A stretch of 64,000 bases of DNA from Candidatus Latescibacterota bacterium (GTDB lineage Bacteria > Latescibacterota > UBA2968 > GCA-2709665): contig OZ241917.1 of NCBI GenBank assembly GCA_965203805.1, positions 1,280,001 to 1,344,000 on the forward strand, given 5' to 3'. The position numbers were made by a program, and so were the translations under genes. Positions 39,859 through 49,947 of the stretch are shown here, piece by piece. The notes below the pieces were generated by a model, which ran no database searches, had not been told where the DNA came from, and saw nothing but the letters and a program-made list of their open reading frames with translations. Numbering within the stretch: position 1 is the first letter of the stretch; each line of letters begins with the position of its first letter.

Positions 39859-41490
39859 ATGAACGGCGCGGATCTGCTGGCGGCGGAACTGAAGAAGAAG
39901 GGCGTCGCCTTTGTCGCGACGCTGTGCGGGCATGGGCTGGACGACCTCGACGATGCCTGCGACCGGGCTGGAATGCGGCTTGTGGACGTGCGCAATGAAC
40001 AGGCCGCGGGATATATCGCCGAGGCCGTCGGACGCCTCAGCCGCAACGTGGGCGTCTGCGCCGTCAGCAGCGGCGTGGCGCACGTGAACGCGCTAACCGG
40101 CGTCTGCAACGCCCACTTCGACGGCGCGCCGATGCTGCTCATCACCGGAAGCGGACCCGCGGGCACCGCGGGCCTCGGACACTTTCAGGACCTCGACCAG
40201 GTGGCCATCGCAGCGCCCCTGTGCAAATACGCGGAGACCGTCCACCATCCGGAGCGGATCCCGCAGATGCTGCATGAGGCCTTCGTAGCCGCCATATCCG
40301 GGAGGCCCGGACCCGTGCATCTCACCGTTCCGCAGAACGTACTGGCCGCCGACGTTCGCGCAGACGCGGTCCATCGGGTTCACGACTCCCGTCATCCCGC
40401 ACCCACCCTTGCGCCTGCGCGCCCGCAGGATATCGACCGGATCGCGGACCTGCTTGCGCGGTCCGACCGCCCCCTTCTGATCGCCGGCGGTGGCGTACAC
40501 TATGCGGACGGCGGCGCGGCGCTGGCTGAGTTCACACGCACTCTGGCCGTTCCGGTGATGGTGCCTATCTGGGACCGCGGCGCGATACCGCGGCCCATCG
40601 ATCCGTATATGGGCGTCGTGGGCGCGGCGAGCGGCGGCCCCCGGCTTCTGCCCGATGCCGACCTGGTGCTGATGGCCGGGGCGACCTGCGATTACCGGGT
40701 GGGCTACCTTCAGCCGCCCGCCGTGCACCCCGAGGCAACCATTGTGCGCATCCACGCGGATGCCCTCTGCCTCAATCAGGGCGCTGGCGCCCACCTGAGC
40801 GTGGCGGCAGATCCGGGTTCCGCGCTCGAACAGTTGTCCGAAGCCGCACGAGCAAAAGAAATCGCGCCCAGGACCGCCTGGCTCGAGGAAGCCGCCGGAC
40901 GCCGGAACGCGTATCGCCGGCGGTGCCTGGACGCCCGTAAAGGAAACGGCCTGCACGCGCTCGACATTATCCAGGCGGTACAGGCCGTCCTGACTGACGA
41001 CACCGTCGTTATCATCGACGGCGGCAACATCGGACAGTGGGCGCACCAGATCCTCTGCGACCGATATCCCGGCCACTGGCTCACCTGCGGTGCCAGCGGC
41101 GTCGTGGGCTACGGGATTCCGGCAGCGATGGGCGCCCGCCTGCTCTACCCCGACCGGCCGGTCATTCTCATTTCAGGGGATGGCGCGCTCACGTTCACCG
41201 TTGCCGAACTCGAGGCCGCCGCCCGCCAGAATCTGCCCTTTGTGGTCCTGCTCGCCGACGATGAAGCCTGGGGCATCACCCTCACCGGGCACGAGGCGCG
41301 TTACGGCCGCGGGATTACCTCCGAACTGGGACCCATCCAATACGCGGGCATGGCGGAAGCTTTCGGCGCAAAAGGCGCTCGAATAGAACACGCCGATCAA
41401 ATCCTGCCCGCGCTTCGGGAAGGCCTTGAAGCGGAGGCGCCCACGCTCATCCATGTGCCGGTTGCCCGGAGCAGTCCCACCGATGAATAG
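39859..41490 (+). CDS. Thiamine pyrophosphate-binding protein (acetolactate synthase-like)
   Basis: VRNEQAAG, GRPGPVHL, SGDGA TPP motif. Confidence 0.92.
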   Translation: MNGADLLAAELKKKGVAFVATLCGHGLDDLDDACDRAGMRLVDVRNEQAAGYIAEAVGRLSRNVGVCAVSSGVAHVNALTGVCNAHFDGAPMLLITGSGPAGTAGLGHFQDLDQVAIAAPLCKYAETVHHPERIPQMLHEAFVAAISGRPGPVHLTVPQNVLAADVRADAVHRVHDSRHPAPTLAPARPQDIDRIADLLARSDRPLLIAGGGVHYADGGAALAEFTRTLAVPVMVPIWDRGAIPRPIDPYMGVVGAASGGPRLLPDADLVLMAGATCDYRVGYLQPPAVHPEATIVRIHADALCLNQGAGAHLSVAADPGSALEQLSEAARAKEIAPRTAWLEEAAGRRNAYRRRCLDARKGNGLHALDIIQAVQAVLTDDTVVIIDGGNIGQWAHQILCDRYPGHWLTCGASGVVGYGIPAAMGARLLYPDRPVILISGDGALTFTVAELEAAARQNLPFVVLLADDEAWGITLTGHEARYGRGITSELGPIQYAGMAEAFGAKGARIEHADQILPALREGLEAEAPTLIHVPVARSSPTDE

Positions 41491-41515
41491 GCGTGGCAGT
41501 AAAGATCGCCGGTTC

Positions 41516-43624
41516 TCACATAACGCCGTACCAACCGTACTGATCTTCGGGAACCAGCACGAAATTGGACCGCGCCGCGGGATACCAGGCGTCCGGGTTC
41601 TTCTCAAGGTGATCGTCCACGGCGCGGACCTCTACATAGTACATCCGATTGGCCTCCGGCACCTTCCAGACAAGTGACGTGTCGCCGGTCGTATGGGACA
41701 TCACTTCCTCGCGACACGCCCGATCCGAGAACACGCGGACATCGTATTCGATCCTGCCGCCGCCCATCTTTATGGACCGCGCCCAATTCAACCGGACCTC
41801 CTGCCGGCCGGCGCGCTGAGCGGGCAGCGGCAGAGGGAACGTTGGCGGATGCGCCTTTTCGGCCCCGAGGTAGTACGAGTAATACGGTTCCGATCCCCAG
41901 ATGCCGAAAACGTACCCCAGAATCCAGAACCGGTCCTCGCTTTCGAGCAGTTCGGGATCATACGCGAAACATTCCTGCGCGAAGCCGTCGGCGAAATAGA
42001 TGTCCGATTTCAGTTCGTCCACGGACAACACACGGCCTGCTTTGTGCGGCTGGTTGGCGCCGAAAAACAGCGCGTCCACGATGTGGTCTCTCCCGTCGTA
42101 TCTGGCCTCCGCGACCACGTGGTGGAACAGACCCACTGATCGCACCGGAATGCCGAGGGCTTCCAGAATAGCCACCGTGACCGTGACGCCCTGGCCGCAC
42201 CGTGCATCGTGCCCCTCCAGAATGGCCACCGGATCCTTCGTGTCGGGTATCTGAATCGGATTGTAGTACAGCGCCCGGTTCACGTAACCTGCAACCCGCC
42301 TGACGGCTTCGGCATCCGAAGAAGCGCCGCCGGTAACGGCGTCGGCAAGATGCCCGAGGTACTCCGCCCGGTCGGTTCCGGCGGCGCGGCGGATCAACTC
42401 GGCTTCCATCCCGGGCGGATAATCCGTTGCGGGCCCCTCCATATTCACAGTAGGCGGCGTCCACGGCATATGCGGCAGATACAGCGACCTTTTTGCGCCG
42501 TAGGTCCGCCGGTACCGGCCAAGATGCGCCTGCCTGTCGAAAGCCGTGTCCGGAACGCCGAATCCCGGCTCCTGTGCGGCGGGTTCGCTCTGCATCACAA
42601 GCCAGGACCCGAAAATCTCTCCCGGCTTGCCGGGTTGCGCGTACGGGACCGTCGTGCCCGTAATAGCGAACCGCTGGCCATCCGTCCAGTGATAACAAAG
42701 CAGCGCGACGCCGTCCGGCTGTTCCGGAGCCGCCAGGTAGTCAAAGGTCCCGGCGTCCGGGTCAAATACGAGAAACCGGTCCAGAAACCTGGGCGGCCTG
42801 CCGTCGATCGTCAACGGTCCGTCGGGGACCACGATCCGGCCGGTTTCGGGGTTCAGCCGGCTCGGATGCATATAGGTGCTCAGGCAGACATACGCGCGGC
42901 CCCCGTAACCGAAGCCCCCGCCCATGAAGCCGTAGGTTTTTCCATGGTCCGGCGTTGGAATCCCTTCCCCCCAGCGACCCCCACCCGGTTCCATCGGAAA
43001 GATCCGTCCTTTCGAGACATCCCACACATAGAGCACGCCGCGATGCAGGAGGTGACCCGACAGAACGGCCTGCGGGCAGGGCCCCGGGCGCTCGTCTATG
43101 AATCGTTCCGAACAGGGATCGAACCTGACGATTCGCGACGGGTCGCACAACGCGGAATAGACCATCCCCTCAACACACCACCCACCCGCCAACTGCCCGT
43201 GAAACGGACAGTCCACAACGCGCGGTTCAGCCAGCGGGCCGTCCAGAACCAGAATCCCGGATTCCGACCGCTCGAACAGCAGAACCTTACCGCCGGGCGT
43301 CTTCAATCCGTACCAGACAATGGGCCTGGCGCCCGGGATTTCCCGTTTTTCACAGGTGCGCCGTACGGGGTCGAATACCAGGTAGTACGGAACGTCCCCA
43401 AGGGTGAGCACCAGCTTTTCCTCCCAAGCAATGACCTGGACAATCGACTGACCGGCCATCTCGGGCACGGGAATCTGGACCGTCTCCGCCGTACGCAAGT
43501 GATGACCCGTCAATCGGTTGCGACCACATCCCTCCCAGAGCCAGTCCGCGGCGTCCACGTCCACGCCGAACGGCCGTCCGGTCTGGATATCGTCGTGTCT
43601 GTACAACCACACCTGGTCTCTCAT
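41516..43624 (-). CDS. Beta-propeller + transglutaminase-like + FN3-like protein
   Basis: FDP/LDG blade repeats, RCGQ...HHVVAE...HIVD triad. Confidence 0.6.
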   Translation of the reverse strand: MRDQVWLYRHDDIQTGRPFGVDVDAADWLWEGCGRNRLTGHHLRTAETVQIPVPEMAGQSIVQVIAWEEKLVLTLGDVPYYLVFDPVRRTCEKREIPGARPIVWYGLKTPGGKVLLFERSESGILVLDGPLAEPRVVDCPFHGQLAGGWCVEGMVYSALCDPSRIVRFDPCSERFIDERPGPCPQAVLSGHLLHRGVLYVWDVSKGRIFPMEPGGGRWGEGIPTPDHGKTYGFMGGGFGYGGRAYVCLSTYMHPSRLNPETGRIVVPDGPLTIDGRPPRFLDRFLVFDPDAGTFDYLAAPEQPDGVALLCYHWTDGQRFAITGTTVPYAQPGKPGEIFGSWLVMQSEPAAQEPGFGVPDTAFDRQAHLGRYRRTYGAKRSLYLPHMPWTPPTVNMEGPATDYPPGMEAELIRRAAGTDRAEYLGHLADAVTGGASSDAEAVRRVAGYVNRALYYNPIQIPDTKDPVAILEGHDARCGQGVTVTVAILEALGIPVRSVGLFHHVVAEARYDGRDHIVDALFFGANQPHKAGRVLSVDELKSDIYFADGFAQECFAYDPELLESEDRFWILGYVFGIWGSEPYYSYYLGAEKAHPPTFPLPLPAQRAGRQEVRLNWARSIKMGGGRIEYDVRVFSDRACREEVMSHTTGDTSLVWKVPEANRMYYVEVRAVDDHLEKNPDAWYPAARSNFVLVPEDQYGWYGVM

Positions 43625-43718
43625 CGATGAACCCCTTTTTCGCCGCACAACCGGCCGCAGGCCCCGATCGGGAACGGGAGGCGCGGCGGCCGGCAGGACA
43701 CCCCGGCCGTTAAATCCG

Positions 43719-43746
43719 TTGACAAACCGAAAATACTCACTAACTT
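43719..43746 (+). promoter_or_regulatory. Sigma70-type promoter
   Basis: TTGACA-16-TAACTT upstream of cytidylate-kinase-like gene. Confidence 0.5.
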
Positions 43747-43823
43747 ATGCCGATCTTCAAATCTCGTCACCATCCGCTCAATGATGGAAGTGGACGCGAC
43801 TTCTCACATCAGCGAGGCTCACT

Positions 43824-44516
43824 ATGGGTGTGATTACCGTCTCACGAGAATACGGCAGCGACGGACGATCGGTCGCGCAGAAGGCCGCCGATCTGCTGGG
43901 CTATCTTTGCATGAACAAAGACCTGCTCGTGGAAGTGGCCAACGAAGCCCAGGTCCCGGTCTCCGAGGCCGAACGTTTCGACGAGCGTCCCGAACACCCC
44001 GCGATGCGCGTGATCCGGAAATTCCTTACACCCGGACACCCGGAAGCCGTCACCGGCCTCTCGGAGTACGAATGGTGGGCAACCGCCACCGTCCCCGAAC
44101 TGACCGGACGAAGCGACTCCGGTCTGCCTCTGCCGGATGAAGAGGCCTTTGTGAACATCACGCGCGAGGTCGTCACGCGTCTGGCCGAGCGGGACAACGT
44201 GGTCCTGGTGGGTCGGGGCGGGCAGACTCTGCTGAGAGATCGACCCGCCACGCTGCATCTGCGGGTGGTCGCCGCAATCGACTATCGGATTCAGGTGGTC
44301 ATGAAACGGGAAGACCTGGATGCCGGCGCCGCGGCCAAACGCATTCGAAAAATGGACGAATACCGGAAACGCTATCTCAAGAGGCACTACGGAATTGCGT
44401 GGAGCACCGCGGAAAATTACCACCTGACGCTCAATACCAGCCAGACCGGCATCGAGGGCGCCGCCAGCATCGTCGCGGAAGCCATGCGGTATATGGTGAA
44501 GTCCCGGCAAAACTGA
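43824..44516 (+). CDS. Cytidylate kinase-like family protein
   Basis: ITVSREYGSDG, VLVGRGG, YHLTLNTS. Confidence 0.9.
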   Translation: MGVITVSREYGSDGRSVAQKAADLLGYLCMNKDLLVEVANEAQVPVSEAERFDERPEHPAMRVIRKFLTPGHPEAVTGLSEYEWWATATVPELTGRSDSGLPLPDEEAFVNITREVVTRLAERDNVVLVGRGGQTLLRDRPATLHLRVVAAIDYRIQVVMKREDLDAGAAAKRIRKMDEYRKRYLKRHYGIAWSTAENYHLTLNTSQTGIEGAASIVAEAMRYMVKSRQN

Positions 44517-44547
44517 CGGTCGCGGTCCGGAAGTCCGGAGAACGCAC

Positions 44548-44585
44548 AAAGATGCCCCGGGGGTTCCTCCGGGGCGTCTTTTTTT
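44548..44585. terminator. Rho-independent terminator between convergent genes
   Basis: AAAGATGCCCCGG-loop-CCGGGGCGTCTTTTTTT. Confidence 0.85.
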
Positions 44586-44606
44586 GCGAACCGATCCTGC
44601 AGGGGC

Positions 44607-45047
44607 TCATGCTTCGTCCGTGAGCATCTCCACCAGCATCTCCAACGCCGCGATATAGCCCCGCCATTTGAATCCCGCAACCTGCCCCACCATGATCGCC
44701 GAAAAGCAGGACCGGCTCCGGAACGCTTCCCTCGCATGGATATTGGACAGATGCACTTCCACCGCGGGCAGCCGGCTGTCTTCGATCGCATCGCGAAGCG
44801 AGTATCCGAATCCGGTCAGCCCCCCGGGGTTGAGGATAATCCCCCGGACACGGTCCCGTTCCTCCTGGACCTTGTCGACGAGGACGCCCTCGTGGTTGGA
44901 CTGCAGAAACTCCAACTCGCAGTCCATCGCTCGCGCCCGTTCCTGGAGCCGCCGGTGAATCTCGTCCAGCGTGATACGCCCGTAATGGGCGGCCTTCCGC
45001 CTACCAAGCATATTCAGATTGGGTCCCTGGAGTACCAGTATTCTCAT
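44607..45047 (-). CDS. aroQ: Type II 3-dehydroquinate dehydratase
   Basis: GPNLNMLG.R...YG, QSNHEG, EVHLSNIHAREAFR. Confidence 0.96.
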   Translation of the reverse strand: MRILVLQGPNLNMLGRRKAAHYGRITLDEIHRRLQERARAMDCELEFLQSNHEGVLVDKVQEERDRVRGIILNPGGLTGFGYSLRDAIEDSRLPAVEVHLSNIHAREAFRSRSCFSAIMVGQVAGFKWRGYIAALEMLVEMLTDEA

Positions 45048-45183
45048 GTCGACTTCTCCGTTCCGGTTCGAAACGCCCCGATGCCGTGTTCACGGTCCAT
45101 TTCGGCCGGCGAGCCCGGAAGGCCTTCCGATCTCCGCCAGGCGCCCTCGATCCGGCGTTCGGGTCCGGCGACGAAATCGACCG

Positions 45184-46257
45184 CTAAAGATATTCCGCGC
45201 GGCCATCCCGCAGGGCCGCGACAACGTCTCTGACGCGCTGGGCACGGTCGCGCCGGCAGATCAACAACGCATCCGGCGTATCGACGACGACCAGACCCTC
45301 CACGTCCACGAGCGCGATCAGCTTGCCCTCGACCCCATAGGCGGTGACATCCCGCGAGTCAAGATTCAGCACGTCGCCGGAGATCAGATTGCCCTCGGCG
45401 TCGACGGGAAGGATGTCCTGCAACGCGCCCCAACTGCCGATGTCGCTCCAGTCGATATCGGCTTCGAGGGTGGCCACACTGGGGGCTCTTTCGATGATCG
45501 CATTGTCAATGGCCACTTCCTTCATACGGGGATATTCCCGTTCGATCGCGGTTCTCTCCGCTCCGGTGCCTACCGCTGCCTGAATACGCATCAGAATGCG
45601 GTGAAGGTCGGGTTCGAACTGCTCGAACAGCGCCAGAACCGTCCTCGCCTTCCAGACGAACATGTTGCTGTTCCAGAGATAGTCGCCACTTTCCACGTAC
45701 GCCCTTGCGGTCGTTTCGTCGGGTTTCTCCCTGAAACGGGCCACGCCGTACACCGGCACGCCATTGACCCGCCTTGCAACGCCGCCCTTCTGAATGTAGC
45801 CGTATCCCGTTTCCACGCGGGTGGGTTTCACCCCCAGCGTAAACAGGGTATCGGGGTCCTCCTCCGCGGCTTCCCCGGCTGCGCGGAGCAGACGGCAGAA
45901 TTCCTCCGGCTTTCCGATGTGGTGGTCGGAGCCAAGGCTGGCCACCGTACAGCCCGGGTACCGGCTCTCGAGAAGCACGCATTCGAGCCCCACGGCCGGC
46001 CCCGTATTGCGTAACGCCGGTTCGACGACCAGTCCGGTCGGGGGGAGTTCGGGGAGCTGTTCCCGTACCAGCGCAACCAGTTCGCTTCCCGTTGAAACGA
46101 GGAGATCGCGGACGCCGACCAGCGGCCGGATCCGGTGCACGGCCTCCTGCAGCATGGTCCGTTCGCCGACCATTCTGTGGAACTGCTTGGGGCGCGTCGT
46201 CCGACTGAAGGGCCACAGACGGGTGCCGAAGCCGCCGGCCCGAATCACGAATTCCAT
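45184..46257 (-). CDS. manC: Mannose-1-phosphate guanylyltransferase
   Basis: AGGFGTRLWPFSR..PKQF, EP..RNTGPA, ETGYGYI, WSDIGSW. Confidence 0.92.
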   Translation of the reverse strand: MEFVIRAGGFGTRLWPFSRTTRPKQFHRMVGERTMLQEAVHRIRPLVGVRDLLVSTGSELVALVREQLPELPPTGLVVEPALRNTGPAVGLECVLLESRYPGCTVASLGSDHHIGKPEEFCRLLRAAGEAAEEDPDTLFTLGVKPTRVETGYGYIQKGGVARRVNGVPVYGVARFREKPDETTARAYVESGDYLWNSNMFVWKARTVLALFEQFEPDLHRILMRIQAAVGTGAERTAIEREYPRMKEVAIDNAIIERAPSVATLEADIDWSDIGSWGALQDILPVDAEGNLISGDVLNLDSRDVTAYGVEGKLIALVDVEGLVVVDTPDALLICRRDRAQRVRDVVAALRDGRAEYL

Positions 46258-46787
46258 GGGTCTTCCCGTTGTCCGGACAATCCCCCGACTCCCGGCCGAC
46301 TCACGCTTACAATACTGATGGCGCCGCATGTCGTCGCGTCTTCTACCGCAAAATACACGTCCGTAGAACCGGACTCCTCTGCCGCAAGCGCCAGATTAAG
46401 CGCGTAACCGGCGTTTTCGACGAGATCCAAGTCGCCCACGCGGTCCAGCGCAACCCAGTGCAGCCGGCCTTCGTTACAGGGCGTCAATGTCTCACAGCCG
46501 GTTTGCCCTGTAAAAAACACCACGGTGGTGACGTCTCCGCGTTCCGGCCTTGTGAGCACGAGGCGCATCTCGAGGTTCTCGACGTCCGCCGCTCCGATTC
46601 CGGTTTCCTCGTCCACCTCGCGGAGCGCCGCCGTTTCCAGATTCCCCGTCTCCTCCGGTTCCACCCGACCGCCGACACCTGTCCAGCGGCCGGGCGCAAA
46701 GCCCTTGTGAGACGCACGCTCAAGTAACAAAACACGGTTTTTCCGAAAGAGAAAAACCGTCACATAGACATTCAGACCCGTGCCCAT
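46245..46787 (-). CDS. NUDIX hydrolase
   Basis: GGRVEPEE...AALREVDEETG. Confidence 0.9.
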   Translation of the reverse strand: MGTGLNVYVTVFLFRKNRVLLLERASHKGFAPGRWTGVGGRVEPEETGNLETAALREVDEETGIGAADVENLEMRLVLTRPERGDVTTVVFFTGQTGCETLTPCNEGRLHWVALDRVGDLDLVENAGYALNLALAAEESGSTDVYFAVEDATTCGAISIVSVSRPGVGGLSGQREDPWNS

Positions 46788-46874
46788 TTCCGCCTCAGGG
46801 AAAACCGCCGTCCGGGAGCCGGAACAGCGTAGGGACGGGGTCCCGGTCGTGCCGGACTCGGGCGGGTCCCACGG

Positions 46875-47750
46875 TCAGGCGCGCACATCCGCGCCGGATC
46901 GCGGGTTCAGCAGAAGGGAAAACAGCCTGGACAGCATCTGGCGCATTTCGCTGCGCGGCACGATCATATCGACAAATCCATGCTCCAGTACTTTCTCCGC
47001 GCGCTGTGCGCGACGCAGGGCTTCCAGTTCCTCCTCTCCCACCGAACTTCCGGTTATCCGCTCGCCCGTAAAGCCGATCAGCGCGTTGGGTTCCGCGATG
47101 TTGATATCGCCGATCAGCGCATAGCTGGCCGACACGCCGGCCGTCGTCGGATCGGTCAGGATGGAAATGAACAGGAGCTCCTCGTCTGCAAACTGGGCCA
47201 GCCTGGCGTTGATTTTCGCCAGCTGCATCAGGGAGAGCGCGCTTTCCATCATCCTCGCTCCACCGGAGCGACAGATCAGGATCAGCGGCAGACGCTCGGT
47301 GATGCAGCGATCGATCAGCCGGCAGAACCGCTCGCCCTCCGCGGAAGACAGGGTACCCATGATGAACGACGGCTCGTGGATGCCCACGCCCACGCGCCAG
47401 CCATCGAGCTTACCGATGCCGACACAGACCGCCGCATCCAGTCCCGTGGCTTTGCGACCCTCCCGGATCCGATCGGCATATCGCTTTCTGTCTTCGAAAT
47501 TCAGGGGATCGGCGGACTTCACCTCCGTGGCGATCTCCTCGAAAGCGCCCGGATCAAGGATGTGGTCCAGGTACTCTTTGTAGCCTATTCTGAAGTGCGC
47601 GCCGCAATGGGGACAGATTCCGTATTCCTTCCGCACCTGCTTGCTGTAGAGCGTCTGGTGGCAACGTTCGCACTTGATCCACAGATTGTCGGGCATCGTC
47701 CGCCGGACAAGCGTCTGAATGCCGGATTTCAATCGATCAAACCAATTCAC
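46875..47750 (-). CDS. accD: Acetyl-CoA carboxylase carboxyltransferase beta subunit
   Basis: LWIKCERC...CPHC zinc finger, SGGARMMES..SLMQLAK, AEPNALIGF. Confidence 0.95.
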   Translation of the reverse strand: MNWFDRLKSGIQTLVRRTMPDNLWIKCERCHQTLYSKQVRKEYGICPHCGAHFRIGYKEYLDHILDPGAFEEIATEVKSADPLNFEDRKRYADRIREGRKATGLDAAVCVGIGKLDGWRVGVGIHEPSFIMGTLSSAEGERFCRLIDRCITERLPLILICRSGGARMMESALSLMQLAKINARLAQFADEELLFISILTDPTTAGVSASYALIGDINIAEPNALIGFTGERITGSSVGEEELEALRRAQRAEKVLEHGFVDMIVPRSEMRQMLSRLFSLLLNPRSGADVRA

Positions 47751-47878
47751 GATGAAGTTTCCCTGTAAGGTCCCGCTGTGTCCTGTCTTCATGCCCCCGG
47801 ATCCCGTCCGGGCGGAACGCGAAATATACCCCCATGGACAGTTTGACACAAGAAAATTAAACCATAGCAAGCAGTTAG

Positions 47879-48038
47879 CAGTCCGTTGAAAAAGTCGCTC
47901 TGCAGGCGAGGCCGAGTCATTGTGGCCGAAGACAAGGCGCGCGACCGACGCGAATCCCTGGATTCGGGGAGGGAGCGCAACGCCGTATTTCGGTTACAAG
48001 GGCCGGACGCAGCCCGGATGGACTTTATCAACGGGCTG
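47879..48038. mobile_element. 160-bp MITE with TTAG target duplication
   Basis: TIRs CAGTCCGTTGAAAAAGTC / GACTTTATCAACGGGCTG flanked on both sides by TTAG. Confidence 0.85.
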
Positions 48039-48318
48039 TTAGACCGATTCGTCGCCAGGATCTCCGGCTTTCGTCCGACTGCGGACGATGTTCGATTCAT
48101 CATACGAAGAGATCCGGGAACGCAGCCCGGTCATATAGATTTTCTGTTGACATGCTTTCGCAAACCTTATAGTTTCCTTTCGTGATTCACCGACCGATAC
48201 CGGGGTGCGCGCGCGTGGTGCGGCCCCCTGATTCCGCGAGATCCCGAAGCCGTTTCGGACGACCGGCATCACGTCCGTATCGGGAAAACGTCCGTCAAAC
48301 CGAACGGGAAACCGGCTT

Positions 48319-49203
48319 GTGCTAACCGAGAGTCTGAAGGTCTTCTGCGACCTCATCGAAACCCAGAGCTTTTCCAAAACCGCCGTACTCAATGACGTCA
48401 GCCAGTCGGCTGTGAGCCAGCAGCTCAAAAGCATCGAGAAACGACACGGGCGTCAACTCGTACAGCGGGAGAAAAGGCGACTTTCTCTCACGGCGGAAGG
48501 TGAAATCTTCTACGGCTACGCGCGGGAAATCGTCCGCCGTTTCGATGAGATGCAGCACCGCATTCAGGCCTTGAGCGGCGAGGTTTCCGGTACGGTTCGA
48601 CTCACTGCCATCTACAGCGTGGGCATGTTGGAACTGGCGCCATATCTCAAGAGCTACCTCAAATCACATCCGGGAGTCAACCTGCGACTGTCCTATTCCC
48701 GGGCCGGGCACATTTATGACAATGTGGCGAGCGGCCAGATCGACCTGGGAATCGTCGCCTTTCCCCGCTCGCAGCGAAACGTGGACGCGGTCCCGTTTGC
48801 GCAGGACCGGATGGTGGTGATCTGCTCCGTGTCCAACCCGCTCAGCGCGCAACCGTCCGTAAGTCCCGGTCAGCTGGCCGAACATTCCCTCATTCTGTTC
48901 ACACCCGAGGCGCCCACCCGGACGGCCGTCGACCGTCACTTCCGGAAACACGGCGTGACGCTCAAACCGGTCATGGAACTGGACCACATCGCTACCCTGA
49001 TCCACGCCGTCGAAGTCGACATCGGGATCTCCCTCGTTCCTGCATCGGCATTGAGGCAGGGACGATTCAAAGACACCCTCAAAGCGCTTCCGCTCCGGGG
49101 CAAGCCGTTGATCCGCACCCTCGGCGTCCTGCAACGCAAGGGCCGCAGTTTCTCCATGGCCGCACAGAAGCTGATGGAGACGCTGTCCCGCGGCAATCGA
49201 TAA
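48319..49203 (+). CDS. LysR family transcriptional regulator
   Basis: SFSKTA....SQSAVSQQLK.IE HTH, IDLGIV. Confidence 0.93.
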   Translation: MLTESLKVFCDLIETQSFSKTAVLNDVSQSAVSQQLKSIEKRHGRQLVQREKRRLSLTAEGEIFYGYAREIVRRFDEMQHRIQALSGEVSGTVRLTAIYSVGMLELAPYLKSYLKSHPGVNLRLSYSRAGHIYDNVASGQIDLGIVAFPRSQRNVDAVPFAQDRMVVICSVSNPLSAQPSVSPGQLAEHSLILFTPEAPTRTAVDRHFRKHGVTLKPVMELDHIATLIHAVEVDIGISLVPASALRQGRFKDTLKALPLRGKPLIRTLGVLQRKGRSFSMAAQKLMETLSRGNR

Positions 49204-49272
49204 GCTGGCGCGGAAATCCCGCTACGTCAGAAACCCGCGGGAACGGCCGCATCGTGAAGAAAAGGAGCCCGT

Positions 49273-49833
49273 ATGTCGTTACCGAGCCGGGATGAAGCGT
49301 TTCAGCTGTTGTGCGAACACACCCGGAATCCGAATCTGATCAAGCACATGCTGGCTGTCGAAGCCGCAATGCGGGCCTATGCGCGCCGCTTCGGACAGGA
49401 CGAGGACCTGTGGGGCATCACGGGGCTGCTGCACGACTTCGACTACGAAAAACATCCGGATCCCGAGGAACACCCAATGGTGGGCGTTGGTATCCTGACA
49501 GAAAAAGGATATCCCCCGGAAGTCCTCCACGCCATCAAATCCCACGCCACCTATCTTGGCGTGCCCAGAGACTGTCTGCTCGACAAGGCCCTGTTCGCCG
49601 TGGACGAACTCACCGGATTCATCGTGGCCGTTACGCTGATGCAGCCTTCCAGGAAACTTGCGGACCTGAAGACTTCGTCCGTACGCCGGAAGCTGAAGCA
49701 GAAGGGATTCGCGAGGGCCGTCAGTCGGGAGGACATCCACGCCGGGGCATCGGAACTGGGGGTGGACATGGACGAACACATTGCATTCGTACGCGACGCA
49801 ATGGCCGGCATCGCTCAGGATCTGGGCCTGTAG
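49273..49833 (+). CDS. HD/HDIG domain phosphohydrolase
   Basis: KHMLAVEAAM, GLLHDFDYE, DELTGFI. Confidence 0.9.
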   Translation: MSLPSRDEAFQLLCEHTRNPNLIKHMLAVEAAMRAYARRFGQDEDLWGITGLLHDFDYEKHPDPEEHPMVGVGILTEKGYPPEVLHAIKSHATYLGVPRDCLLDKALFAVDELTGFIVAVTLMQPSRKLADLKTSSVRRKLKQKGFARAVSREDIHAGASELGVDMDEHIAFVRDAMAGIAQDLGL

Positions 49834-49947
49834 CAGCCGGGCCCTGGGTCACCCGGCCTTCTCCGGGCCTGCCTGCGCCGACATCACGAGCAGGCCTCGG
49901 AATCACCGGGGGCGGCCGTCCCCGCATCGGAGAACCTCACACCCCGG

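Noticed and set aside
49868-49896. CCTGCCTGCGCCGACATCACGAGCAGGCC between convergent genes as an eighth mini-insertion
   Set aside because: Right end lacks the full CAGGCAGG; could be a decayed copy or an ordinary intergenic hairpin, so not counted
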